The notes beneath the pieces were generated by a model. The model was not told the DNA's origin, did no database searches, and saw only the letters and a list, made by a program, of their open reading frames with translations. From positions 89,652,001 to 89,716,000 of the forward strand of contig NW_027361696.1 in assembly GCF_039654945.1 (NCBI RefSeq): a DNA stretch of 64,000 nucleotides. Direction: 5' to 3'. Positions 35,584 through 47,399 of this stretch are shown piece after piece. A program made the translations under genes and the position numbers. Each line of letters opens with the position of its first letter. Within the stretch, counting starts at the first letter, position 1. Source of the stretch: Dendrobates tinctorius. Taxonomy: Eukaryota.

Positions 35584-38447
35584 ATGCCACCCAAGACAGC
35601 AACCAGGCACAGGAGAAGGCAGGAGACATCTGCAGCAGCACCATCAGCACCACCCCAATTGGAGCAGCATGCTGAACAACGGGAGGGGAGTCCAGCAGAA
35701 GATGAGAGACGGTAATTATCAAATCACCCATTCCTCCAAACTAGGGCTATTGAATATCAAGATATTCATTGGCCCTTTGTTTCTCTTTATTCAACAGCCG
35801 CCCAATAGATGCAGCAGCAGCAGCAGCAATGGCAGCAGCTGGAACACCACCCACAGGCATGGAGTGTGGCCACCAGGAAGACAGCACATCATCTTCTGGG
35901 AGCCCTCCCTCGCATCGTCAGCGTTTGACGGTAAGTTTTTATTTCCAAAATCCATCTTCTCTGTAATATATGTCTATTCATGGCCTTTTATTTCAAAACA
36001 GGAATCACAAGATGAAGAGGAGCTCCCAGAAGAAGAAGGAAGGGGTGGACAGACACCTGGAGTGGGCTCACAATTGGTAAGTTTTTTGCATCAAACGCAG
36101 AAACACAACATCACACTACACACAACACATAGAAAACAATGTTCTGCAGACCACACACAGCAAACAAATGCCTACATCCAAAGACATAACTTTTTTTGTT
36201 TTCTTCTCTAGTCTTCCCAATCTGGTGCTTGGCCAAGAGGTCCTCGCAGTGCCTCCCAGGGTCGTCGGCGACAGCAACGCGGCGGTCACCAGCGTGTAAG
36301 TATAAATATTTTTGCTTTGTTTTTTTGCACTTTTTATTTCATTTCTTTTGTGGAGGCTAATTATGTTATTTTTGTCTTTTTCTTTAACAGCCTTCACAGC
36401 GTGCTCCCGACTCTGACGTTGAGGATGGAGGGATTGATGTGGACCGCCTCATCGATCTCGTCAGAGAAAGGGAGCCGCTCTGGAATATGGCTGACCGCCG
36501 CCACGCTGACCTGATCGTTACCCGACGACTCTGGGAGGAAATCTGTTCGCTCCTTGTGGGCCGCTGGGAGGACCTCGATGTTCGGGCCCAGATTACAGAG
36601 CGTAAATATATACAGTTTGATTTAAACCAGTGTTTCCCGAACTCCAGTCCTCGTGGTCCCCACGGATCATGTGTTCAGGATTTCTATTTACTATGGAAAT
36701 CCTGAAAACATGACCCCTGGGGACCATGAGGACTGGAGTTTGGGAAACACTGATGTTGTATACTAACCACTCCTTTCTCGTTTCAGGGAACAGAATTGTG
36801 AATCGGTGGCGGTCTGTGAGAGATCGTTTCAAGAAGGAGTTCAATAAAGAGATGCGGGCCCCGAGTGGATCTGGAGGACGCAGGAGCAAGTACAAGTACG
36901 CAGAAGCCCTGTCGTTCCTCCGGGAAACAATGGTCACCAGAAGGTAAATATTACACACCACATGTGAAAAAAAATGTTAGATGTAAATTTTTTTTTCAGC
37001 CAGGGCCATACCATGTCAGTATTTTAATTGTTTTTTTTTCTCTTTATTCCACAGCACGGTGAGCAGCACTCGGGAGCCGGCACGATTGGACCCTTCTGAG
37101 GCGATCCCTGAGGAGACCGGCACCGAGGGACACTTCGACCACCCCGGTACATCTGCACCTTCCCAGCCTTCCAACACATTCGACCCATCTGTCCCATCCA
37201 CCAGCACAGGAGCATCGTGGCCGCCTACATTACATGAAGCTGCTGGTGAGGAGATCGCTTTCCCTTTACCCCACCCTTCTGCCCCTGCCACCTCTAGTAC
37301 ACCTGCGGGTACTGGGCGGCAGCGGCAGAGGGGTCAGGAAAAGACTTATGCGCCAGAGTTCTTGCATCTGAATGCATCTTTCCAGAACTGTCTAAAAGTC
37401 TTGTCAGAGCAAATCTCCGCAGGCTATCAGCAGATCAACTCCAGCATTCTGGAGGTGAAGACACTTCTGCAAACCATGCATTCAGAAGCAAGATCTTCGC
37501 CAAACCACACCTTTTTCAGGTCTGTTGTGGAGCGCATGGAAACGCTCTCTCCTGCCCAGCAGATGCATGTAATGCATTCATGCCACGCTGCTCTCCAGCA
37601 AGTTACCTCCCAACCTCCTCCTCCTCCCACCACAGTAGTTCCTCCACCTGCACCCCCTCCAGCCACTTTCCATCCTCCCCCTCCTATTACATCTACACCC
37701 CCTCCAGCCACTTTCCATCCTCCCCCTCCTATTACATCTACACCCCCTCCAGCCACTTTCCATCCTCCCCCTCCTATTACATCTACACCCCCTCCAGCCA
37801 CTTTCCATCCTCCCCCTCCTATTACATACCATCCACCTCCAGCCACTTTCCATCCTCCCCCTCCTATTACATACCATCCACCTCCCCAGCACCATCCACC
37901 TCCCCAGCACCATCCACCTCCCCAGCACCATCCACCTCCCCAGCACCATCCACCTCCCCAGCACCAGCAACCTCCCCAGCACCAGCAACCTCACCAGTAC
38001 CAGCAACCTCCACAGTACCTGCAAACTCCCCAGTACCAGCAACCTCCCCAGTACCAGACATCTCCCCACTTCCAGCAACCTGCCCCGTACCAGACATCTC
38101 CCCACTTCCAGCAACCTGCCCCGTACCAGACATCTCCCCACTTCCAGCAACCTGCCCCGTACCAGACATCTCCCCACTTCCAGCAACCTGCCCCGTACCA
38201 AACTCCTTCCCCATACAACTTGCCATCAACATCATCTGCTCCTACAGTCCCTGCCCAACCCTCCACTCCACCACCCACCACCTCTTCTGCTTCCCACATG
38301 TCCACCCATTCTGTAGTTTTTTCCACACCTTCACCTCTAACTGTTCCTTCCCCACCACGATCCCAGTCCTCTCTCCACACTCCCAGTGTCGAAGTGTCCC
38401 GCAGCCCCTACAGCAGTATTTCCACCACACACTACACAGAATTATAA
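35584..38447 (+). CDS. Harbinger accessory DNA-binding protein: MADF/Myb-SANT, BESS-like motif and Pro/Gln/His repeats; 7 exons, 726 aa
   Basis: Hand-built GT-AG model with consistent phases: 35584-35711, 35798-35930, 36002-36076, 36212-36295, 36391-36601, 36787-36943, 37055-38447 (2181 nt). MADF signature LIDLVREREPLW...RRLWEEI...RWRSVRDRFKKE...YKYAEALSFL. AATAAA at about 38460. Confidence 0.8.
36628..36752. mobile_element. Small hAT-like palindromic MITE inside intron 5 of the MADF gene
   Basis: TIRs CAGTGTTTCCC-AACTCCAGTCCTC / GAGGACTGGAGTT-GGGAAACACTG; no clear TSD. Confidence 0.65.
37650..38200 (+). repeat. Coding tandem repeats (42-bp PPPATFHPPPPITS-type, 18-bp QHHPPP, 36-bp YQTSPHFQQPAP)
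   Basis: In-frame repeats within ORF 37059-38447. Confidence 0.85.
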
Positions 38448-38947
38448 TGTGTGTATTTAAATAAAAATGACCAGTTTTATGGTTTCAGTTTTATAGTTTC
38501 AAATTTTTATTAAACATGTTTATTAAAATTTTAAAAAAGTTTACTTAAAAAAACATTTTTCAATAAAAGTTAAATTATTTTACACTGGTTGTCTGTCATT
38601 TCTTTCTGCGGCGAAAAAGGTTAAATACAGGGTATTTAAAAGGTGAAATGGTATTCAAAACTAGGTATATAACTGTGGGTAAATTTTAGCTTTTTGCCAC
38701 AGTTGTGTTCCTGGTTGTGTTTGAAGCAAAGTATTTCACCTAAAAAGTTGTGTTTATTGTTGGTGATTTCCTAACAATGTACACAACTTTTGTTAAAAGG
38801 TGAAATACTTTGCATAAAACACAACCAGGTACACACCTGTGGCCTAAAGCTAAAAATAGAGACCATGACAAGATAGCCAACTTTGGTTGGCAAAGGTATA
38901 TACTGTTGGTACAGAAGGTACACAAGTTTGGTTAGGGCACAAATCTT

Positions 38948-40330
38948 TCACACTCTGTCATCCTGCCAGTGTACTCTGCCTTGAGGTGACATAAAGTATA
39001 GTGCAAAATTGTCCCTCATTACTGAAACCGTCACAGAACTTCTAGTGGTAATGTCATGGTAATCTTGCAAGGTGGTTTCTTCAGAGGTGTCCTCAATGGA
39101 AATGGGTTCCTTGCAATTAACAAAATTGTGGAGTACCACGCACGCTTTGATCACCTCGTCCACAGTTTCTGTCTTGAGGTTGATCGCAGTCAATAGGACC
39201 CGCCATTTGGCTGTCAGAATACCAAAGGTACATTCAACCATTCTTCTTGCTCTTGTGAGGCGGTAATTAAAAATGCGTTTTGGTCTTGTCAATTCTCTGC
39301 TAGAGTACGGTTTCAAAAGGTGTTCTGACAGCTGGAAGGCTTCATCCCCTACACAGACAAATGGCATAGGTGGACCAGATGTTTGCGGCAGCGGTCTAGG
39401 TGGTGGGAACTGGAAGGTGTTTCCATACAGTTTACGCCCCATGGCAGACAGTTTGAAAACTTGAGAGTCATTGGAGCGGCCATTGGCCCCAATATCAACC
39501 GCAATAAATTTGTATTCCGCGTCATCGATGGCCATGAGGACAATTGAAAAATATTTCTTGTAATTGAAATATTCCGATCCCGATCCAGCTGGCTTTACAA
39601 TGCGGATATGTTTCCCGTCCACAGCGCCCAAGCAGTTTGGAAACTGACATATCTGTTGAAACTTGTCAGCAATTTCAATCCACCTCTCTGTTGTGGGCTC
39701 TGGTAAAAACTCTTCAGCTAAGGAGTCCCACAGTGCACGGCATGTGTACTTCACAATTCCAGATATGGTGGAAATCCCGAGTCTGTACTGGAAATGCAGT
39801 GACGAAAGGGATTCTCCAGTTGCAAGAAATCTGTGGGGAATTAACAAACAATAAATTAGTTTTAAATCACAGCATTACATACCAAAACTGACCTATAACA
39901 CTTGGAGATACAAATTACCACCAACAAGATTGCAGTGAAAGTGTGCTCTGATGCGATCATATCCAATAAATGTGGCTTACCTTAAAGTCACCATCAGACG
40001 CTCTGCGGGTGAAACTGAGAAGCGGCAATAGGTGTCCGCTTTTCTTATGAGGTGTGCAATGCGCTCCACCAAGTAATCAAAACTCTCCATTTTCATCCTA
40101 ACATATCCCAAAAATTTATCCGGGTTTCGTCGAAGGTCCATGCATAGTGTAGAATAGACCCCACGCGTCATTCTCTTGGCTGTGATGGGGTGGATCCACA
40201 AACGTCGTCTACGATGCCTGATGCGCTGCTGTCTCGCTCTCTCCTTCTCCAGAACAATCACCCTCAAACGATTTGCCTTCGCTGTAAAATCCGCCAAATT
40301 CTTCAAAATATTTCCAATGACAACATCCAT
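38948..40330 (-). CDS. Harbinger (HARBI1-like) DDE transposase, 2 exons, 410 aa
   Basis: Exon 1 at 40330-39981 (MDVVIG...LWIHP...ERLMVTL), GT-AG intron at 39980-39831, exon 2 at 39830-38948 (RFLATG, GAVDGKH, YFNYK, VGDEAF, FNYRLTRARRMVECTFG, LHN). Total 1233 nt, no stops. Confidence 0.9.
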
Positions 40331-40940
40331 CTTCGCCAGTACTTGCTCTTCTCTCCAACCTGCACTTTCTCCTCTACAACCTGTCAAAGAAGGGCTGTAG
40401 GAACATGCTATATATAGTTTTCCAGTAGCCAATCCCGTTCGGAAGGCCACAAGGGTCAATTTTAAAAACCGGATCCGGCGTAATCCGTCGAAAAACGGAT
40501 AGAAAAACGGATGAACCGGATGAGACGGATCCGGTTTTGTCTGTCAAGAAAAAGACGGATCCGGCAGAAAACCGGATCCGTCACATCCGGTTTTACTAAA
40601 CATTTGCCGGATCCGGCGTTCCGGCACGACGCCGGATCGCGCCTGACGCCGAAAACCTGATGTGTGAAAGTAGCCTAATATGTATAAGTTTTTTAAGCTT
40701 CAAAAAAATCACAGTCGCCTTACATTTTTTTGCAGACAGGTTAAGAACGTGTCCTATCTTTTCTGACTGTCCTGAAATTTTTGGACAGTTGGCGCCCCTA
40801 AATGATGGACAGTTAAATCAGGGTGTGCAAAGAGGTTAAAATAACAGAATGCCAAAGTTGCAGTTGAAATCAATGTCATTTAGGGTCAATCCCTTGCCAC
40901 TTGGATTTTGCAAATAACCCTTTAAGTCTTATTCATGCTA

Positions 40941-41514
40941 TGTCCTGACACTGTGGGTATTGTGAGGGGTTGACTCACTCTGCTGCTTCCAAAGGTAGAC
41001 ACAGGAATGCATCTTGTGGTAAATCACTTGCTGGTTTATTGTGGAACAGCATAAACCATAGCAGGGTTCAGCAAAGTAAACATGGCCTTCCCGGCATAAC
41101 AGCATAACAAAAACATAACGTATAGCAAAGTCCAATTGTCTGAGGGTTTCGCTCACTCAGACCACCATGTGTCTTCAGCTCCACCTGGAGCCCCTGTTTG
41201 GAGTTTACTCTCCAAGTCACAACACACCAACTGTCTCTCAAGTAAAGCTATTTAAACTCAGTCCCTTTGACTGATCACATGACTATGACATCACACAGGT
41301 CCTGTCAGCACACGACTGTGCTGACTCCGTAGGTGTAGATAAGGTGGACGTTCTCCCACCCAATGTCCACATAAAACCAGCCCATGTATGCAACTTTAAT
41401 TTAACCCTCACAACACGTAGTGTGCTGGAAGAAAATACTCCGTTTTCACATCACTGACGCTATTATGCGCAGTAATACATATACCTCATATTCTGTGACA
41501 GTGACCCTGTCACA
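40941..41514 (-). mobile_element. Possible solo LTR
   Basis: TGTC...GTCACA ends and a minus-strand AATAAA near 41035; no clean TSD. Confidence 0.35.
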
Positions 41515-41539
41515 GTATGATGATGACAAAGATTACAAT

Positions 41540-41842
41540 TAGCGATGAGTGTAAGTGCTTGTTACTCGTGTTTTCCAAGAGTGCTTGGGTGTATGCCAAG
41601 TATCGCGGGTGCTCGAGTAACAAGTTCGAGTTCCCGCGCCTGTATATTTCACATCTATTAGACAGCCACAAAACATGCGAGGATTGTCTGTGTATGTCAG
41701 GAAATCCATGTAGGTTTTGTGGCCATCTAACAGCCGTGAAACATACAGGCGTGGGGACTCGATTATATGTCACTCAAGCACCCTTGATACTTGGCCCATA
41801 CCCGAGCATCCTAGGAAAACCCGAGTAACTAGCACTCACTAA
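41540..41842. mobile_element. Palindromic MITE related to 16317-16572
   Basis: Inverted GTGCTTGTTACTCG / CGAGTAACTAGCAC and CTTGGGTGTATGCCAAGTATC / GATACTTGGCCCATACCCGAG. Confidence 0.55.
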
Positions 41843-42117
41843 TTACAATGTAGAGTAGACGTAGGTGTTCTGTAGGAATGTCAGGGGAGTCACAACTGAT
41901 ATATGAACTGTGAAAACAGCAAACCCGTAGGAGCCACTTAACCATATAGTTGTACATATACTGGCACATGCAGGCATACCGCCAGAGTCCAGATGTATTA
42001 TTTTAATATTTTGAATTTGTATTTATACACCGCCTCCGACACTAGGAAGAACAGAAACTGCCTGCAGAATTCTGCAACATTAAAAAAATAGCAAGTAAAT
42101 GCAAATATATATATATA

Positions 42118-43108
42118 TTAGCTGAAGAGCCCGGGGTTGCCTGGGCATAGTAACCAACTGTTAGTTATAATGAATTATAGTGATTATATTGCACATAAAA
42201 ACCGTGCATCTAATCCTATTCTGTGTGATACTGACTGCTGAGCCGTGTATCTAATCCTATCCTGTGTGATACTGTCTGCTGAGCCATGTATCTATTCCTA
42301 TCCTGTGTGATACTGACTGCTGAGCTGTGTATCTAATCCTACCCTGTATGATATTGACTGCTGAGCCGTATATCTAATCCTATCCTGTGTGATACTGACT
42401 GCTGAGTTGTGTATCTAATCCTATCCTGTGTGATACTGACTGCTGAGCCCTGTATCTAATCCTATCCTGTGTGATACTGGGCTCCCTCTGCAGTCTGTGT
42501 CAGAGGGTGGTCTGTGTTGGCACGGTAATATATTGTGTTATTTCCAACTTTACAGAAGGACGATAACATCATAGAAATGATAAGAATATTAGGCCTCAGT
42601 TACCACAACTGTCTACAAAGAAAACTGTTGCTGATAGCAACCAATCACAGCTCATTGTTCATCTGTTAAACAGCTCTGGGACAGCGTGGCAAGTTTTTAG
42701 TGGTGACTTTTGTGTTTCGACTTTTATGTGGTGAGGTTGGTGTATGTGTGGTGAAATGTGTGCTGAGGGTGGTATATGTGATGAAGCACGTGGTAGTGTG
42801 TGGCACATTTTGTGTGTGTGTTCATATCCCCGTGTGTGGTGAGTATCCCATGTCAGGGCCCCACCTTGTGGCTGTAGCTACGACGGTGCAGATGCCAATA
42901 CATACATACACTTTTTCCCCATTATGTAGATAGGGGCAAAATTGTTTGGTGAATTGGAACGCGCAGGGTTAAAATTTTGCCTCACCACATAGCCTATGAT
43001 GCTCTCTGGGTCCAGACGTGTGACTGTGCAAAATTTTGTGGCTGTAGCTGCGATGGTGTGGATGCCAATCCCGGACACACATACACACATTGAGCTTTAT
43101 ATATTAGA
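42118..43108 (-). mobile_element. Non-autonomous Helitron
   Basis: On the minus strand: 5' end A|TCTAATATATAAAGCT; 3' hairpin GCCCAGG-CAAC-CCCGGGC then ...CAGCTAA|T (CTAG-like). Inserted between A and T with no TSD. Confidence 0.7.
42205..42479. repeat. 41-bp minisatellite (about 6.5 units) inside the Helitron
   Basis: Unit GTGTATCTAATCCTATCCTGTGTGATACTGACTGCTGAGCC. Confidence 0.9.
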
Positions 43109-45286
43109 TATATACATTTTTTTTTTTTTTTCAAAGGACAGAGTAGAGAACACAGGGTTCCTTTAATGATGTCCCTGAAGTGTTTTCTGATTTTTATATG
43201 CAATAATGCACTATTCTTATACAATGCAGAATCCAAGGTTTCCGTGACCCCAGAGCTGCTGTCATTTTTCCTGCAGGAGAAATAGCTCTGTTCACGCTGG
43301 CTTCCCATCTATAATTCTATAAGTCGCTGCTAGATGGCTAACACAAGTGTCTGCTGTAAGTAAGAAGTGATTGAATGCTGCACTGCAGCACGGGTCCCTC
43401 TAGCGCTGTATCACAGAAATATGAGTACACAACTTGGTGCCTCTGCTTGAATTGGAGTCTCTGCCAGTTTGGGTTTGATACTGTAAGAACCATTGCTTCG
43501 TTTTTGTAAAATGCCATTCAGTAATCAGGGGTCAGTGTAAAAGCTTGTGTTTTAGCTCCAGCTGAAGATAACAAAATCTTTTATATCGGCAAAATGTAAC
43601 CCACAAGGACAACACTATTAGAGATTTTTACTACCTATACACACTGTATTGTATTTCTTTTAGTTTATTGATAGAGAGTAAACTAAAATTAAGGAAAATA
43701 CAATCCAATTGGTGAAAAGGTACAATACTTGATTGTATCCAACCAGCCAAACAAAAGTTTGAAGACACATGAATTTCTTTTTTATCTTTATTGAAATGTA
43801 CACATTGCAAATTCAGACTAAAGGCGGCAAAACCAAGAAACAATGGGTAAAAAATTACGTGTGAAACAAACTAGAAGTGTGGTAAACCTTAGATTCCTCA
43901 ATGTTGTGGTCCTTCTGCAGTTTTATATATCTTTTAAACAAAAATAATATCACATACTGAGCCCCTGATTTCCTATATGTCATGTAACACTTGCTCCACA
44001 ACAAAGTAGATCTGATGACTTTGGTATTGTCTATCAGTCCAGTGTAATGCCTGTATTCCCTGCTTCATAACCTTCACGACAACCTCCCATTGAAACAATG
44101 CCCCAATTAGGACATGATACAGTTTGGATAATTTGGCCACAGCAGTCTTTAGATAATTAAATTCAAAACATTCAATAATGCGTAAGATTGGTAAGGTCCT
44201 TGAATCTGTCAAAATCTGGTGATAACCAAAAAACGTAACCATAAACAATAACAATTCCCAGCCATTACCCCACTGGCTCGGGAACACCACAACCCCAAAA
44301 AGGGATCCTCTCTAATCCAAACTTCTGAGGATCGGACATTAGATTGTTGCTAGTCCCCCCAAAAAACATAAAATCAAAGACAAACTTTTGCCAATTGTGG
44401 AATCCATGTCCTAATCAATTAATCAGACTAATTTAGAACCAAGTTCAAGGACCCATCCAACTGCTACAAACCACCATGACCCAAGAGTTGCACTCATGTA
44501 ACCCCATTCCTATACATCTTGCAAAATTAAGAGAGGACGGACGTGACTGCGAACTTCGCTGGGATCTGGATAATGTAAAACCTCATCCCCTTTTTCTGCA
44601 TTTATAACTCCTTTCTCCCAGCCTCTTACTGCCCACTTAATAACAATAACTCCACCTTCCCTCCAACCCATCATCATGCTGGCCTCCGCTCATGCTATTG
44701 CGGCTGCTCCAGCCTTTCCTTACAGAAAAAGTTATAGGCATTGAATACCTTTGAAAAAAAATGCTAAATTAAAGCAAACCTGTTATTACATTCACTTCTT
44801 GAAACACTGGCAGCATGAATCAAAGCCTGACTGCACTATTGTATAAAGGTATACATTTCTTTGAAAAGTCCCCATTGGGACTCACAATCTAAATTCTCTA
44901 CCAGTATGTCTTTAGAGTTATATTATAGGGGGATGACTAATCTTTCACCCCACTTCAGTTGATTGACAACTCTCTCTCATGTGTGTAGTTAGGAAAATCA
45001 ACTGAAGCGGTGCAAAGAGAAGCTGACCGGGAACTGCACCAGACAAGTTAGGTCCCTTCTTATAGTTCCCGTCTCTTCAAACTAAATTTTCAATGACAAG
45101 CTGCACTGTTTCAGGAACACGTGCCTGGCTTCATTCATGCAGCAGGGTTTTGATTCATCCCAGTGGTTCAGACACAGTGAATCTAGTGACAGGTTCCCTT
45201 TAAAGAACTTTCCATATTAATTAAAATGTCCTAACATTTTACTGCTGTAGATCCAGTATAACGTCTTTACGTAGATGGAAGTCCTG

Positions 45287-45708
45287 TTGCTTCTGCAATG
45301 AATCTGCCAACATGCCACTTCTGTTGGTGCTGACTCTCACTGCTCACTGTCTCCACTCTCTCTGTGTTAGAGGTTAGAGATAGCGGCTGGTCAGGAGAGG
45401 AGGTTGTACATGGCAGATTAGGTTGAAGCATGAGGGGGAAACCATTCAAGTTCTCAGGCGGGGAAGATCACATAGGGTGTAGAAAATGGGGATATTTTCA
45501 GGGTAAGAAGCGGGCAAGGGAGAAAAGACTCCTCATAAGCTGTAGAAGAAGAAATTCAGAAACTGAGCTGTGCACAAGAGAGTTAGAGAAGGGTTCAGTG
45601 TCCAGGATCATCAGACTTTACATCCCGCAGATATTTGAGAACAAAGCCAGGATTGAGGACTAGCATTGAAAACATATTAGAACAATGAGATACCCTCTAT
45701 GAAACATA
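45287..45708. repeat. About 420-bp segment duplicated in inverted orientation at 30039-30137 plus 32007-32327
   Basis: Near-identical reverse complement; both copies give the same ORF prefix MNGFPLMLQPNLPC. Confidence 0.95.
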
Positions 45709-47313
45709 CAGTGGGGCAAAAAAGTATTTAGTCAGTCAGCAATAGTGCAAGTTCCACCACTTAAAAAGATGAGAGGCGTCTGTAATTTACATCATAGGTA
45801 GACCTCAACTATGGGAGACAAACTGAGAAAAAAAAATCCAGAAAATCACATTGTCTGTTTTTTTTTCATTTTATTTGCATATTATGGTGGAAAATAAGTA
45901 TTTGGTCAGAAACAAGCAATCAAGATTTCTGGCTCTCACAGACCTGTAACTTCTTCTTTAAGAGTCTCCTCTTTCCTCCACTCATTACCTGTAGTAATGG
46001 CACCTGTTTAAACTTGTTATCAGTATAAAAAGACACCTGTGCACACCCTCAAACAGTCTGACTCCAAACTCCACTATGGTGAAGACCAAAGAGCTGTCAA
46101 AGGACACCAGAAACAAAATTGTAGCCCTGCACCAGGCTGGGAAGACTGAATCTGCAATAGCCAACCAGCTTGGAGTGAAGAAATCAACTGTGGAAGCAAT
46201 AATTAGAAAATGGAAGACATACAAGACCACTGATAATTTCCCTCGATCTGGTGCTCCACGCAAAATCCCACCCCGTGGGGTCAGAATGATCACAAGAACG
46301 GTGAGCAAAAATCCCAGAACCACGCGGGGGGACCTAGTGAATGAACTGCAGAGAGCTGGGACCAATGTAACAAGGCCTACCATAAGTAACACACTACGCC
46401 ACCATGGACTCAGATCCTGCAGTGCCAGACGTGTCCCACTGCTTAAGCCTGTACATGTCCGGGCCCGTCTGAAGTTTGCTAGAGAGCATTTGGATGATCC
46501 AGAGGAGTTTTGGGAGAATGTCCTATGGTCTGATGAAACCAAACTGGAACTGTTTGGTAGAAACACAACTTGTCGTGTTTGGAGGAAAAAGAATACTGAG
46601 TTGCATCCATCAAACACCATACCTACTGTAAAGCATGGTGGTGGAAACATCATGCTTTGGGGCTGTTTCTCTGCAAAGGGGCCAGGACGACTGATCTGGG
46701 TACATGAAAGAATGAATGGGGCCATGTATCGTGAGATTTTGAGTGCAGACCTCCTTCCATCAGCAAGGGCATTGAAGATGAAACGTGGCTGGGTATTTCA
46801 ACATGACAATGATCCAAAGCACACCGCCAGGGCAACGAAGGAGTGGCTTCGTAAGAAGCATTTCAAGGTCCTGGAGTGGCCTAGCCAGTCTCCAGATCTC
46901 AACCCTATAGAAAACCTTTGGAGGGAGTTGAAAGTCCGTGTTGCCAAGCGAAAAGCCAAAAACATCACTGCTCTAGAGGAGATCTGCATGGAGGAATGGG
47001 CCAACATACCAACAACAGTGTGTGGCAACCTTGTGAAGACTTACAGAAAACGTTTGACCTCTGTCATTGCCAACAAAGGATATATCACAAAGTATTGAGA
47101 TGAAATTTTGTTTCTGACCAAATACTTATTTTCCACCATAATATGCAAATAAAATGAAAAAAAAACAGACAATGTGATTTTCTGGATTTTTTTTCTCAGT
47201 TTGTCTCCCATAGTTGAGGTCTACCTATGATGTAAAGTACAGACGCCTCTCATCTTTTTAAGTGGTGGAACTTGCACTATTGCTGACTGACTAAATACTT
47301 TTTTTCCCCACTG
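45709..47313 (+). mobile_element. Full-length Tc1 (IR/DR type), copy B, intact
   Basis: TA TSDs; about 205-bp TIRs with an inner direct repeat AAGTATTTGGTCAG. Confidence 0.96.
46076..47098 (+). CDS. Tc1 transposase, 340 aa, DD34E
   Basis: Paired-like HTH, RSGAPRK, WSDE, WGCF, and QHDND...PDLNPIE with 34 residues between the second D and E. Confidence 0.95.
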   Translation: MVKTKELSKDTRNKIVALHQAGKTESAIANQLGVKKSTVEAIIRKWKTYKTTDNFPRSGAPRKIPPRGVRMITRTVSKNPRTTRGDLVNELQRAGTNVTRPTISNTLRHHGLRSCSARRVPLLKPVHVRARLKFAREHLDDPEEFWENVLWSDETKLELFGRNTTCRVWRKKNTELHPSNTIPTVKHGGGNIMLWGCFSAKGPGRLIWVHERMNGAMYREILSADLLPSARALKMKRGWVFQHDNDPKHTARATKEWLRKKHFKVLEWPSQSPDLNPIENLWRELKVRVAKRKAKNITALEEICMEEWANIPTTVCGNLVKTYRKRLTSVIANKGYITKY

Positions 47314-47399
47314 TATATAAACATCAGAAAGCTAGAGATAGCCTATATCTTCATAGAATTAGACATGGTAAAAATTGACTCATACCAAGTTTTATGCAA

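Larger units (their letters stand above)
35159..40675. mobile_element. Autonomous-looking PIF/Harbinger DNA transposon (5.5 kb)
   Basis: TAA TSD; TIRs GGCCTCTTTCACACATCAGGTTTTCG / CGAAAACCTGATGTGTGAAAGTAGCC; many CCGGATCCGG subterminal palindromes; two convergent genes. Confidence 0.95.

Noticed and set aside
35516-36211. 231-aa ORF in the Harbinger left part
   Set aside because: It runs through introns; only 36002-36076 is in the frame of the spliced model.
37580-38464. 294-aa Pro/Ser/Thr alternative-frame ORF
   Set aside because: It overlaps the MADF gene's last exon; C-rich repeats lack stops by composition.
42205-42479. Regularly spaced repeats as a possible CRISPR array (also 53906-54780)
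   Set aside because: Units are head-to-tail with no unique spacers, there are no cas genes and the context is eukaryotic.
43262-43362. Possible host exon (TTTTTCCTGCAG acceptor, GTAAGT donor)
   Set aside because: Stops in all three frames and no partner exons.
43950-44620. Possible L1 ORF2 C-terminal relic on the minus strand
   Set aside because: Only a weak ALHW-like hint; too decayed to support.
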